From a virus (lineage: Duplodnaviria > Heunggongvirae > Uroviricota > Caudoviricetes > Demerecviridae): a DNA stretch of 64,000 bases. The notes under the pieces were generated by a model. That model had not been told where the DNA came from, searched no databases, and saw nothing but the letters and a program-made list of their open reading frames with translations. Shown in pieces: positions 18,793-27,215 of this stretch (positions are counted from its first letter, which is position 1; the number at the start of each line of letters is the position of its first letter). Both the position numbers and the translations under genes were made by a program. Location: IMG/VR virus record IMGVR_UViG_651703040_000001, one strand, 5' to 3'.

Positions 18793-19085
18793 TTCAGATC
18801 CTTTTCATTAATTAGAATATTAGTAAACAGTGGAGTAACTCCTAGACTCATAGTAGGTCCAAACGTATTCATGGCTACCCACAATTGCATAGTGATCATC
18901 CCATCTTTAATCTCTGGATCTTTATATTCTTCGATACGTTTTTTAGCAAAGGCAACTACATCTGGAGTACTACCGTTCTTTACAACATGATCATGCCAAA
19001 ACTGAGCGTTTTCACTCCGTAGGAATGTTAAAACATCCTTAGTTGCTGGAATCTGCACTGTGCTATTGATGTTTAGTCTTTTCAC
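18789..19085 (-). CDS. hypothetical protein (98 aa)
   Basis: ORF. Confidence 0.5.
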   Translation of the reverse strand: MKRLNINSTVQIPATKDVLTFLRSENAQFWHDHVVKNGSTPDVVAFAKKRIEEYKDPEIKDGMITMQLWVAMNTFGPTMSLGVTPLFTNILINEKDLK

Positions 19086-19482
19086 GTTCTTCTCTCCGAC
19101 GTTTGCGTTCTTTCATCATATGAGCTGCTACAACTTCATGGTAGTAGTCATTAATGTTACCTTCTGGCAAGAAATGCTTAATAGTCTCTAACTGACAAAT
19201 AACTCGATGAAGATGGTTATTTGGTAGACACAATTTTATACCTGCAACAAATCCAGAGAAGCCTGGAACACTGAACATGGGTTGGGCTTCTACCCTACCT
19301 TCAGAGTTGATATTAAGCTCAATTGAGATACCCATTTTCATACTATAAAGCTGGCAATATTCTCCATTACCAGACCTTGACCAAACAGTGAAATCCTCAT
19401 CAATTTGATCTTGGATTTCTGTAATTGCAAATTTAATTCTAGGGTCTAAATTATTCATCTTCACCTTCAAAGTCGCAATCAT
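19063..19482 (-). CDS. hypothetical protein (139 aa)
   Basis: ORF. Confidence 0.5.
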   Translation of the reverse strand: MIATLKVKMNNLDPRIKFAITEIQDQIDEDFTVWSRSGNGEYCQLYSMKMGISIELNINSEGRVEAQPMFSVPGFSGFVAGIKLCLPNNHLHRVICQLETIKHFLPEGNINDYYHEVVAAHMMKERKRRREEREKTKHQ

Positions 19483-19816
19483 AACGACAAGTAAAAGAAC
19501 TGGAGCTATTAGTACGTTGAGTGGTTATTTCACCGCGTTTGCTAATAGTAACGGCTGGAGTAGAGAAGTTTTTATTAGTATAGATTTCTACTTTACCATT
19601 ACGTTCCTTAACATCACGAACTTTACCATATTCGGTAATAATGCCGTTCTGTTGAACTTTAACATTACCATTTTTCATAGAAACTTTGGTAGATGCCATA
19701 GAACTGAAACTAACTGCGGAGATCATCAGTGCAATAATAAACTTATTCATCTTCATCCTCCCCACTACAATCACGACATACATCATAATCGTTGAAAGAA
19801 CGTTCGTGAGCTTCAC
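19451..19816 (-). CDS. secreted/periplasmic protein (121 aa)
   Basis: N-terminal signal-peptide-like segment. Confidence 0.5.
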   Translation of the reverse strand: MKLTNVLSTIMMYVVIVVGRMKMNKFIIALMISAVSFSSMASTKVSMKNGNVKVQQNGIITEYGKVRDVKERNGKVEIYTNKNFSTPAVTISKRGEITTQRTNSSSSFTCRYDCDFEGEDE

Positions 19817-20024
19817 ACCACCAAGAACAAGAATCGCAGAGAAACATTTCGGTTTTCTCCAGTGCTTGACCTAAAAGATCGTCAGCTTCCTCAGCAGTAA
19901 TCTTCAATCCGCACACATCTGCCACACGTTCTTTAATTAAACGACCTGCTTCGTGGTAAGACATGCAGGTTCCCGCAACATCATGTTCAAGAACATGAAC
20001 AGCACAGTCTAGACGAGTTTTCAT
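19743..20024 (-). CDS. Cys-rich zinc-binding protein (93 aa)
   Basis: Several CxxC pairs and an acidic tail. Promoter module at 20040-20100. Confidence 0.5.
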   Translation of the reverse strand: MKTRLDCAVHVLEHDVAGTCMSYHEAGRLIKERVADVCGLKITAEEADDLLGQALEKTEMFLCDSCSWWCEAHERSFNDYDVCRDCSGEDEDE

Positions 20025-20100
20025 TTCAAACCTCTCTCATCAATTTATAAACATATTATAGCAAGAAAAGAGAGGTTTAGCAAATGAATTATTTCAGAAT

Positions 20101-20448
20101 TTAGTCATAGCACCACCATAACCCACGTTTACGCATGTCATGATCGCGATTATAATCATAATTTTCTGGGTCTTTCATCACGCGGTGGAGTTCTTGACGA
20201 TTCCCTTGACGAACCATTTTATTAGAATGCCACTTAACATTCTTACTAATAGAATTCCAGTTATAACCATCCTTTTTCTCATTACGAATAGTTGCTTCCT
20301 TCATGTCTTTTTTGATATCGTCCCAGGATTTGGCACAAATAACACGAATCCAGTAGCCATTTTCTTTGAGGAAAGAATATTCTTGAGAGAAGTATTCTTT
20401 AGACTTCCACCACTGATCACCAGATTGTCTACGATAAGTACGGCTCAT
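20101..20448 (-). CDS. hypothetical Trp/Tyr-rich protein (115 aa)
   Basis: ORF. Terminator at 20528-20560. Confidence 0.5.
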   Translation of the reverse strand: MSRTYRRQSGDQWWKSKEYFSQEYSFLKENGYWIRVICAKSWDDIKKDMKEATIRNEKKDGYNWNSISKNVKWHSNKMVRQGNRQELHRVMKDPENYDYNRDHDMRKRGLWWCYD

Positions 20449-20569
20449 ATTACCTCCATTAAGTCTTTTAAATTAACCTAATGTGGATGAATTTTATTAT
20501 ACATATATTATGTACCTTTATACAGAAAAACCCCAGACTACTTATTCAATAGCTGGGGTTTGTTATTAA

Positions 20570-20857
20570 TTACAGATCGGAGCGTTCATCTTCGAACGCT
20601 ACAAAGCCATCAAATTCATCATTTGAGATGTCCGCAATCATTGCTTCCATTTTCCTGATCTCCGAGGTTTTCATACCTGCTTTACTATTCTTATAATATT
20701 TGCGAGGGTTCCCACACATCCAACAAGAACAGATGCAAGGAGTAGTAGTGATAATACCTAACCGCTTAGGGCTTTCCTCATGTGGAAAGACTGTCCAATA
20801 CTTCTTGCGGTTGTTCTTCACACGTTGCCGGTGATGGCGTCTTAATGCTCGATCCAC
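20570..20857 (-). CDS. basic Cys-cluster protein (95 aa)
   Basis: Contains a CICSCWMC motif. Confidence 0.5.
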   Translation of the reverse strand: MDRALRRHHRQRVKNNRKKYWTVFPHEESPKRLGIITTTPCICSCWMCGNPRKYYKNSKAGMKTSEIRKMEAMIADISNDEFDGFVAFEDERSDL

Positions 20858-20938
20858 ACATTTCTCCTAAAACTTGGGAGATAAATGGAGTTTGCTCGAC
20901 TACCTTGCGTAGCTGGGAGAAATCGTATCCAAACCCCA

Positions 20939-21307
20939 TTACATCGCCTGAGTAAATGTACGACTAATAACGTCGTTCTGTTGTTCACGAGTCAGTGCGT
21001 TAAATCGAACAGCATAGCCAGAGACACGGATAGTCAATTGAGGATATTTTTCAGGATGTTTCTGTGCATCCAAAAGCTGATCACGGCTTAACACATTGAC
21101 ATTTAGGTGCTGACCACCTTCGATTTGAGGGGCGACTTCCACCTTAACTTCACGGAAGGCTTCAGGATCGAATTGTGGTGTAATACCTTCTAGATTTTCA
21201 ACTAGAACTTTCTGTTTAAGTTCACCATTGTCGGAGTATAGCTGAATAATCTGATTTTCATGAACAAGGTTAATTACGCCAGATTTAAGATTTTGATATG
21301 CTTTCAT
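20939..21307 (-). CDS. grcA: autonomous glycyl radical cofactor GrcA/YfiD-like (122 aa)
   Basis: C-terminal [17 protein letters not shown] glycyl-radical motif, as in the PFL C-terminus and GrcA. Confidence 0.75.
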   Translation of the reverse strand: MKAYQNLKSGVINLVHENQIIQLYSDNGELKQKVLVENLEGITPQFDPEAFREVKVEVAPQIEGGQHLNVNVLSRDQLLDAQKHPEKYPQLTIRVSGYAVRFNALTREQQNDVISRTFTQAM

Positions 21308-21326
21308 TAGATCTCCCCGATGTTAG

Positions 21327-21402
21327 AATTTGGTAGTTAGTAGTGGATTTGAACCACTGTAGTCGCTCCGTATGAAGGAGGTGCATAACCACTCTGCCAA
21401 CT
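21327..21402 (-). tRNA. tRNA-Met (CAT)
   Basis: Hand-folded: acceptor GTTAGTT/AACTAAC, T-loop GGTTCAAATCC, anticodon loop TTCATAC, 3' CCA encoded. Confidence 0.7.
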
Positions 21403-21502
21403 AACTGTTATGTTTTACTAGACTAAGTAAGTATTCTTTATACTCTTTAGACCAATTAGCTTTTTTAAACTTTCCTGGACGCATAGTCTTAGTTCCTAAA
21501 TT

Positions 21503-21579
21503 TGGTACTCCGGGAGGGATTTAAACCCCCGATCTCTCGGTTATCAGCCGAGTGCTTTAGATCGCTAAGCTACCGAAGC
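21503..21579 (-). tRNA. tRNA-Ile (GAT)
   Basis: Anticodon arm CTCGG-CTGATAA-CCGAG. Acceptor has two GU pairs. CCA encoded. Confidence 0.7.
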
Positions 21580-21580
21580 A

Positions 21581-21808
21581 TTAACATTTTACAGCAGAAC
21601 GTTTGCCATTTCTAGGCGCACCCGGAAGTCGTGCACGTTCTGCCATTCTTCGCTTAATCTTTGATATATTTTCTAGTGTTTGTTCTTCGGGCTTAATACC
21701 TGAAACACTACACCACTGATTACCATCCCATGCGGTAATGATCATAACACCATTACTCATGATCTTTTCTGTGAAAGTAATCCTCATTATAGCAACTCGT
21801 CTAAGCAA
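21581..21808 (-). CDS. hypothetical protein (75 aa)
   Basis: ORF between tRNAs. Confidence 0.4.
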   Translation of the reverse strand: MLRRVAIMRITFTEKIMSNGVMIITAWDGNQWCSVSGIKPEEQTLENISKIKRRMAERARLPGAPRNGKRSAVKC

Positions 21809-22080
21809 GAGGTATATTTAAATTTACCATCTTTATCTACTTTGATTTCAACCTCCGCTCGTGGTACTTGACGAACTACACCATGAATCATCTTATAGCG
21901 AATGCCTTTAGCTGGTTCACGATCTTTTGGAAAGACTTGCTTAACCGTTACTACCTTGTACCCATCACGCGGTGTTAGTACAACTACTTGATCACCTTCT
22001 TTGATTTTCCAAGAGCCAGGAAATTCGTAAGTATAACGTTGACCGCCAGTTTGGAACACAACAGAAAGATAACGTTTCAT
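21787..22080 (-). CDS. hypothetical protein (97 aa)
   Basis: ORF. Promoter module at 22080-22140. Confidence 0.5.
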   Translation of the reverse strand: MKRYLSVVFQTGGQRYTYEFPGSWKIKEGDQVVVLTPRDGYKVVTVKQVFPKDREPAKGIRYKMIHGVVRQVPRAEVEIKVDKDGKFKYTSCLDELL

Positions 22081-22154
22081 TTGGTTTCCCTCTCATTAAT
22101 TTATATAAATATTATAGCAATAAATAAGAGAGAAGGCAAATGAATTTTTAAATT

Positions 22155-22230
22155 TGGTGCTCCCACCAGGAGTCGAACCCGGTTCAGATGCTTACAAGGC
22201 AACTGCATCGCCAACAATGCTTTAGGAGCA
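22155..22230 (-). tRNA. tRNA-Thr (TGT), tentative
   Basis: T-arm CCGGG-TTCGACT-CCTGG. Anticodon loop CTTGTAA, with one mismatch in the anticodon stem. Confidence 0.55.
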
Positions 22231-22395
22231 AAAACCCGTTATTTCAACGGGATTTCTTTTTCAATAACAGGAGACTTATCAGTCATAACTGCCATTGCCA
22301 TTTGTTGTAGAAATTCAAAGGTGAAGGCTACACGTTCTTCACCAATCTCTACTTCTACACGTTTCTTTTGTTTATCGATCTTGACTTTTAGGTTA

Positions 22396-22647
22396 TCAGC
22401 CATTAGAGAGTACAGTACTGGTAGTTGGCAATACTACAGATGAAGCAACAGTGTTTAAATGCTTTCTCCAGTCTAGGTTAAATTGTTTTCGAAACTCTTC
22501 ATAAGGTTCTTCTGGATAAAAGCTAAAACCTCCTTTCTCGTCATTCAGGATAACAGAGCCGTCAGTTTGTTCGTATGCTCGGTATGTTTCTCCAATAACA
22601 ATAACGCGTTTATCGGTACTTTTATTACGAAATTCAAAAACGTGCAT
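22396..22647 (-). CDS. hypothetical protein (83 aa)
   Basis: ORF. Confidence 0.45.
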   Translation of the reverse strand: MHVFEFRNKSTDKRVIVIGETYRAYEQTDGSVILNDEKGGFSFYPEEPYEEFRKQFNLDWRKHLNTVASSVVLPTTSTVLSNG

Positions 22648-22663
22648 AATGATTCCTTAAAAT

Positions 22664-22740
22664 TGGTGCGGGATACGAGAGTCGAACTCGTGTCTACTGG
22701 TTGGAAGCCAGTTATTCTAGCCACTGAACTAATCACGCGT
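22664..22740 (-). tRNA. tRNA-Gly (TCC)
   Basis: Anticodon arm ACTGG-CTTCCAA-CCAGT. T-arm ACGAG-TTCGACT-CTCGT. Confidence 0.65.
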
Positions 22741-22745
22741 AAATT

Positions 22746-22819
22746 GGCAGGAAAGTAGGGATTCGAACCCTAACTAAGAGATTCAAAATCTCCAGTGCTA
22801 ACCGTTACACTACTCTCCA
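22746..22819 (-). tRNA. tRNA-Gln (TTG)
   Basis: Anticodon arm GGAGA-TTTTGAA-TCTCT. The acceptor has a U1-U72 mismatch, as expected for a GlnRS substrate. Confidence 0.6.
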
Positions 22820-22825
22820 ATTGTT

Positions 22826-22901
22826 TGGCTGGGATGCCACGGATTGAACGTGGAACCTTCGGAGTCAGAGGCCGACGATCTGCCAATTGATCTACATCCC
22901 A
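22826..22901 (-). tRNA. tRNA-Gln (CTG)
   Basis: Acceptor TGGGATG/CATCCCA. Anticodon loop CTCTGAC. Confidence 0.6.
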
Positions 22902-22913
22902 ATAATTTTTATT

Positions 22914-23108
22914 CTACGGAAAAATTGTTGTTGGCTCAGATTCTTCCAAACGTTTGCCTTCATGATCTACTCGAATAACTCCGCATCCCTCGCAAATCAC
23001 AACAGCACCGTAGCCTTCTTTAACTTCAGCTTCTGTAATCAAACCAGAAAGATCACCAGTATCCCTTCCCCACATATCAATGGAGCATTGTTTGCAGAAA
23101 TCAGCCAT
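22914..23108 (-). CDS. zinc-ribbon protein (64 aa)
   Basis: CxxC...CxxC motif. Confidence 0.45.
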   Translation of the reverse strand: MADFCKQCSIDMWGRDTGDLSGLITEAEVKEGYGAVVICEGCGVIRVDHEGKRLEESEPTTIFP

Positions 23109-23132
23109 ATTTTATTTCCTATTTAAGTTAAT

Positions 23133-23209
23133 TTGGGGTGGCTAGTGGAATTCGAATCCACATAGGCCTGATTCACAATCAGGATCATTAACCAATTATG
23201 ATATAGCCA
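23133..23209 (-). tRNA. tRNA-His (GTG)
   Basis: Acceptor GTGGCTA/TAGCCAC. Anticodon loop TTGTGAA. Confidence 0.7.
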
Positions 23210-23439
23210 CAATTGAAAACTCGCAGGGTTAGCGAAACCTTCCTCAATTAGCATGTTCTAGAATACTAATCAAGTTATCTCCTATTGCACGCAGCTCAAG
23301 ACGAGTACGAATTTTCAATTGTGGCGGCTCTCAGAAACTCTTCTACTCTAGTCTTAGCAGCTTACTCCCGAACGCATGTCGGGGAAGTCTTACCAAGAGC
23401 ATCAAATAGCACCGTTACACTTTGAGCCATAGATGTATC

Positions 23440-23565
23440 AAGAAGCAGGAGGACTTGAACCTTCACGAGATAGACCATTTATCTCAGCCGCTTTATGAGG
23501 TATGTTGCAAGGAGTGGATGTTCCCTGTAAACCTTTTAGGCAGCCCCGTCTACCGATTCCGGCAT
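23440..23565 (-). ncRNA. aberrant tRNA-Leu-like element (about 125 nt)
   Basis: Leu-type D-loop GGAATCGGTAGAC and T-arm GAAGG-TTCAAGT-CCTCC, with acceptor pairing in 6 of 7 positions. There are about 100 nt between the D and T arms. Confidence 0.35.
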
Positions 23566-23578
23566 ACTTCAAGAATTT

Positions 23579-23761
23579 TTATAACCCAGCAGAAGCCTCA
23601 TTCAAAGCATCAACGATAGCCTGCTGTTGAGTCCATCCTCTACCAGTAGAATTAACATGTGGAAGATATACTTCCCAATAACCGTCTTCTAGTAAGGTTA
23701 TTTGTGCACTAAACTCTGTGCCATCAGTTAGTGTAACCTTCACAGTTTTCGTTAAAGACAT
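23579..23761 (-). CDS. hypothetical protein (60 aa)
   Basis: ORF on the coherent strand. Confidence 0.45.
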   Translation of the reverse strand: MSLTKTVKVTLTDGTEFSAQITLLEDGYWEVYLPHVNSTGRGWTQQQAIVDALNEASAGL

Positions 23762-23777
23762 ATATTACCCTATAAGT

Positions 23778-23867
23778 TGGCAGAAGATAATGGAGTCGAA
23801 CCATCACCGTATCGCTACGGCGGGCTGGTTTTCAAGACCAGTTACGTACCACTACGTCCTATCTTCT
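23778..23867 (-). tRNA. tRNA-Ser (TGA)
   Basis: Class II tRNA. Acceptor AGAAGAT/ATCTTCT, anticodon loop CTTGAAA, long variable arm. Confidence 0.7.
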
Positions 23868-23873
23868 ATTGTT

Positions 23874-23953
23874 TGGCGGAAGAGGAGAGATTTGAACTCT
23901 CAAGCCGTTTTACCAGTCAGCCACTTTCCAAGCGGTTTTCGTCGCCAATTCGA
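23874..23953 (-). tRNA. tRNA-Ser (GGA), tentative
   Basis: Acceptor GGAAGAG/CTCTTCC, T-loop GAGAGTTCAAATCTCTC, long variable arm. Confidence 0.55.
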
Positions 23954-23994
23954 TTTGCTCTTCCAATAATAAGATGATGCCTCTATCACACCAG

Positions 23995-24080
23995 GCAGTT
24001 ACGCCTCGCTGGGATTCGAACCCATTAAAACAGCTCAACCGAGATAGTAGGTTTAATTTACTCTGACCATCAAATTTGGT
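23995..24080 (-). ncRNA. tRNA-like remnant
   Basis: GGGTTCGAATCCC T-arm, but I could not find a complementary acceptor stem. Confidence 0.25.
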
Positions 24081-24086
24081 GCGTGA

Positions 24087-24163
24087 CAAGGGATTCGAAC
24101 CCTCAAAACCCGACTTCTAAGGACGGTATGTATGCCCATTCCATCAATCACGCGTATTTGGTG
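24087..24163 (-). tRNA. tRNA, anticodon TAG (Leu-reading?), tentative
   Basis: Acceptor GCGTGAT/GTCACGC. T-arm GAGGG-TTCGAAT-CCCTT. Anticodon loop CTTAGAA, with one T-T mismatch in the stem. Confidence 0.45.
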
Positions 24164-24165
24164 GA

Positions 24166-24244
24166 GAATAACGGAATCGAACCGTTCTGATGTCCTCGGT
24201 GCAAGCGAGGTGTCCACTCCATGCAGACCCATTCCCCAAATTCT
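24166..24244 (-). tRNA. tRNA-Ala (TGC)
   Basis: Anticodon arm CCTCG-CTTGCAC-CGAGG. The Ala identity element G3-U70 is present in the acceptor. Confidence 0.65.
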
Positions 24245-24253
24245 TTAGTTTAC

Positions 24254-24440
24254 TAAGGCTATTAGCTCGGCGTAACTACAGCACCTTCGCTTCGAGCGGA
24301 AGGAACCGCGTCATCTCGCAAACCCGATACACTATTCAGTTGCCGCTGAATCTAGTGGACTAATCTAGAACTTCTCCCAAGTAGAAGGGATCGTGCTTTT
24401 TGGCAGCCAGTCCTAGGTCGAGCTAATACCTTAGTGAACT
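24254..24440 (-). ncRNA. structured non-tRNA RNA element
   Basis: A 23-bp long-range inverted repeat (24254-24276 against 24419-24440, 2 mismatches) encloses about 140 nt, including a CCTTCGC/GCGGAAGG hairpin. Confidence 0.35.
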
Positions 24441-24616
24441 AAATTGATGGATACCAGACTAATTTTGCTACGACGTTTATCCTGAGGATCTCTTTTTCGG
24501 TAGCTCTGCTAGTGTAGACGTCATACACCTGATATCTAGGCAGCTATTTTCGCATCAATTTATATAAATATTATAACAAGAAATTAAGCATCAAGCAACT
24601 GCGTTTTTCTTGAAAT

Positions 24617-24695
24617 TGGTAGATCGCCTGGGACTCGAACCCAGAACCTTCCGATTAAAAGTCGGATGCTACTAAACCTATTGAGCTAGCGATCT
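24617..24695 (-). tRNA. tRNA-Lys (TTT)
   Basis: Acceptor AGATCGC/GCGATCT. Anticodon arm TCCGA-CTTTTAA-TCGGA. Confidence 0.7.
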
Positions 24696-24884
24696 ATTAG
24701 TAACCATTGTATACTTCTTTAATAGAGTGAACTTTCAAGTAAGGGTGATTAGTATTAAATTCTACCATTACTTCATCCCAATTTTTACCATAATGAGCGA
24801 GTAAGGATTTTGATGTATTCTTACCTAACCGTTTGTCACTTACTACTAATCGAAATACTTTCATTTCGAAATCCCCTATTAAAA

Positions 24885-24962
24885 TGGAAGCGGGTGCAGG
24901 AATCGAACCTACCTCTTTCTAGCTTATGAGACTAGCGATCTCTACCAGAGATCTAACCCGCA
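24885..24962 (-). tRNA. tRNA with CAT anticodon (initiator-like or Ile2)
   Basis: Anticodon arm CTAGT-CTCATAA-GCTAG. Positions 1 and 72 are unpaired. Confidence 0.55.
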
Positions 24963-24968
24963 ATTATT

Positions 24969-25044
24969 TGGTCAGTGCGGCAGGACTCGAACCTGCGACC
25001 CGAAGCATCCAAGGCTCCCACGCTACCAACTGCGCTACGCACTG
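24969..25044 (-). tRNA. tRNA-Pro (TGG)
   Basis: Acceptor CAGTGCG/CGCACTG. Anticodon loop CTTGGAT. Confidence 0.7.
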
Positions 25045-25053
25045 TTAATTCTT

Positions 25054-25251
25054 TCATTGTGGGGGAATATTAATAATTCGTCCATCTACACAATAAACGG
25101 TACTAGGGATTGTACTGTATATGTAGAAATTCTTTATATTACTCTCTCCGCCACAGAAATTTTTAGCAAATTCATACTCTTTATTAATGGTTGAGTCAAG
25201 TTTAAAACAACCAGTAAGTAGGAATACAGATAGCAATAAAACTTTCTTCAT
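25054..25251 (-). CDS. small lipoprotein (65 aa)
   Basis: MKKVLLLSVFLLTGC signal peptide with lipobox. Promoter module at 25255-25320. Confidence 0.5.
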   Translation of the reverse strand: MKKVLLLSVFLLTGCFKLDSTINKEYEFAKNFCGGESNIKNFYIYSTIPSTVYCVDGRIINIPPQ

Positions 25252-25465
25252 TTTGCTTTCCTTCTCTTCACTTTATAAAATATATTATACAGATAATTAA
25301 GCAGAATAGCAAATGAATTTTTAATAAATTTACTTATTGTGTAGGCCACCTGGAGGCTACCAACCCCACGGCTGACAAAGAAGTTTGCGAGACCTCTCTT
25401 AAATGCCAGAATAGACCCGCCGATCTATCGGAACCTACATAATAAGTAAACTTTATAATGTCATT

Positions 25466-25700
25466 CTAGACAGGACTCGAACCTGCTATCACTTGTGCGG
25501 ACTTACGAGAACCATTCTTTCACTCGAATCGAACGAGCTTCTGCCCTAGCCAAGCTGGTTTCCCCATCAACCACGCTAGAATGTTTGATTGTTTTCAGTG
25601 CAAGAGTCCGAGTCTTGGACACGACCACTTTGCAAGTACATAGGCAGCTTATCATGAGTCAGCACTTCCGAATTGCTAGCTCCGTGTTCTGCACTGAAAT
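25466..25700 (-). ncRNA. tRNA-like / structured RNA region
   Basis: Two T-arm-like hairpins (CTCG-TTCGATT-CGAG and CAGG-TTCGAGT-CCTG) that cannot be folded into a cloverleaf. A 10-bp inverted repeat TTTCAGTGCA/TGCACTGAAA encloses about 100 nt. Confidence 0.3.
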
Positions 25701-25704
25701 TTTG

Positions 25705-26052
25705 TTAATTTAATAGTAAAGTACGATCTACTTCACCATTAATTGTTCGGCATTCTTCTGGGATTGCTGGTGTAGCCTTATATTCCCACCATTCAGAACC
25801 GTCGTATTCACCACGTTCTAACCAAGTTCCATCAGTAAACCACACGTTACCATAAAGCAATTGCCCACCGAAACCAGAGTCATATTTAAAGTCTAGATTA
25901 TTTAGAAAATCTTCAATATCTTTTTCTGTATAACCTACGGGTAATACCAAAACTTCTTTGTCCCCATAATAACCGAATTCTATCTTAATACACTTAACTT
26001 CAGAATCAGTATTCTTTAGGGCAAGTAACAACTCTTCTTTAGCATTAATCAT
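25705..26052 (-). CDS. hypothetical protein (115 aa)
   Basis: ORF. Confidence 0.55.
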   Translation of the reverse strand: MINAKEELLLALKNTDSEVKCIKIEFGYYGDKEVLVLPVGYTEKDIEDFLNNLDFKYDSGFGGQLLYGNVWFTDGTWLERGEYDGSEWWEYKATPAIPEECRTINGEVDRTLLLN

Positions 26053-26078
26053 AGCATATTTCTCGTGCTAGTTTAATT

Positions 26079-26154
26079 TGGTACACCCACTAGGACTTGA
26101 ACCTAGAACCCTCCGCTTAAGAGGCGGTAGCTCTAACCATTGAGCTATGGGTGT
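26079..26154 (-). tRNA. tRNA-Lys (CTT), tentative
   Basis: Acceptor ACACCCA/TGGGTGT. Anticodon arm CCGC-CTCTTAA-GCGG. Confidence 0.5.
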
Positions 26155-26331
26155 ATTAAATTACTTTTTCCAGTTCATCAGCTATGGCTTTGATTTTTTC
26201 AAAGTTTACATCACTTATACTGATACCTTCCAGTGACAGAGATATTCTAGCATTTTTCATAGTAGATTCTTTTATCTGCTCTATCTCTTCTGGAGTAAAC
26301 TCTCTACGTTCCATAGCTAACCTACCTTATT

Positions 26332-26408
26332 TGGCGCGACCGATGGGATTTGAACCCACATTCCCTCCCGTGACAGGGGAGTACCATTACCAAGCCAGCC
26401 CCGGTCGC
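26332..26408 (-). tRNA. tRNA-Asp (GTC)
   Basis: Acceptor GCGACCG/CGGTCGC. Anticodon arm CTCCC-CTGTCAC-GGGAG. Confidence 0.7.
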
Positions 26409-26417
26409 ATAATTCAG

Positions 26418-26603
26418 TTACTCAGCTTTGAGTTTTTCAATAGCTGCATTAAGTTCTTTAAGAAACTCTTTTCGTACATTAAGACGGTTGAGACTTACCA
26501 GTATATCATGTTTAAGTTCTTCGATGTATTTCTTCTCAACTTCAATATTGTTGATAGTGCTATCACGATGAACTTCTAACTGCGCAATTACATTCTTGGA
26601 CAT
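26418..26603 (-). CDS. hypothetical coiled-coil protein (61 aa)
   Basis: ORF. Confidence 0.4.
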   Translation of the reverse strand: MSKNVIAQLEVHRDSTINNIEVEKKYIEELKHDILVSLNRLNVRKEFLKELNAAIEKLKAE

Positions 26604-26705
26604 GCTTGTTTCCTCAGTTATTAATGAAAATGGTATCTGTGGCTGAATTCGATGTCAGCAATGATAGCTGGTTGGCTACCGGTTTACTTAACTCTACACA
26701 GAATT

Positions 26706-26788
26706 TGGCGGGCCGTGTAGGATTCGAACCTACGTTGTCTTTCGACATGGATTAACAGTCCACCGCCAAACCGCTTGGCTAACGACCC
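26706..26788 (-). tRNA. tRNA-Asn (GTT)
   Basis: Acceptor GGGTCGT/ACGGCCC. Anticodon loop CTGTTAA. Extended variable loop. Confidence 0.6.
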
Positions 26789-26797
26789 TAAAAAATT

Positions 26798-26873
26798 TGG
26801 ACGACCGCATGAGATTTGAACTCACATAAAAAGGATTTGCAATCCTTCGCCTAAGCCATTCAGCCAACGGTCG
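26798..26873 (-). tRNA. tRNA-Cys (GCA)
   Basis: Anticodon arm AAGGA-TTGCAAA-TCCTT. Confidence 0.65.
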
Positions 26874-26940
26874 ATTTATTATCTTTCATAATGTGTAGAT
26901 ACATGGTCGGAACCACAACACTTAAATCTAACTAATCGTT

Positions 26941-27183
26941 TCATTTAACGCGCTCCGGTAGATCTTCTAGTTTATATTCAGTAGCCACATTAGCAGCATC
27001 TAAAAGTAATCCCATGTGTTTAAGGATTTTAGTGATAGATTCGCCTTCGGCTTCTTCTACGAAAGAACGTAGATGAACAAAGTCAATTCCACCGTCCATA
27101 CCAGAGAAAATATTTAGTAAGCGAAGCATTACCAGCTTACGTTCATTCAATTCTTGTTCTGTCATGTTGCTTCTCCAGTTCAA
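26941..27183 (-). CDS. hypothetical protein (80 aa)
   Basis: ORF. Promoter module at 27184-27245. Confidence 0.45.
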   Translation of the reverse strand: MNWRSNMTEQELNERKLVMLRLLNIFSGMDGGIDFVHLRSFVEEAEGESITKILKHMGLLLDAANVATEYKLEDLPERVK

Positions 27184-27215
27184 TTTATGTAATTATTATA
27201 CAGAACTTTTGGAAA

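Noticed and set aside
22155-22230. Reading this tRNA as having a 13-nt anticodon loop or an intron
   Set aside because: Accepting a single T-T mismatch in the anticodon stem gives a normal 7-nt loop with a TGT anticodon, which is the simpler reading. It still needs software confirmation.
23718-23977. Two plus-strand ORFs overlapping tRNA-Ser genes, and plus ORFs at 26184-26579 and 27505-27723 over tRNAs
   Set aside because: They coincide with minus-strand tRNA cloverleaves. Stop-codon-free antisense stretches of structured RNA are not coding.
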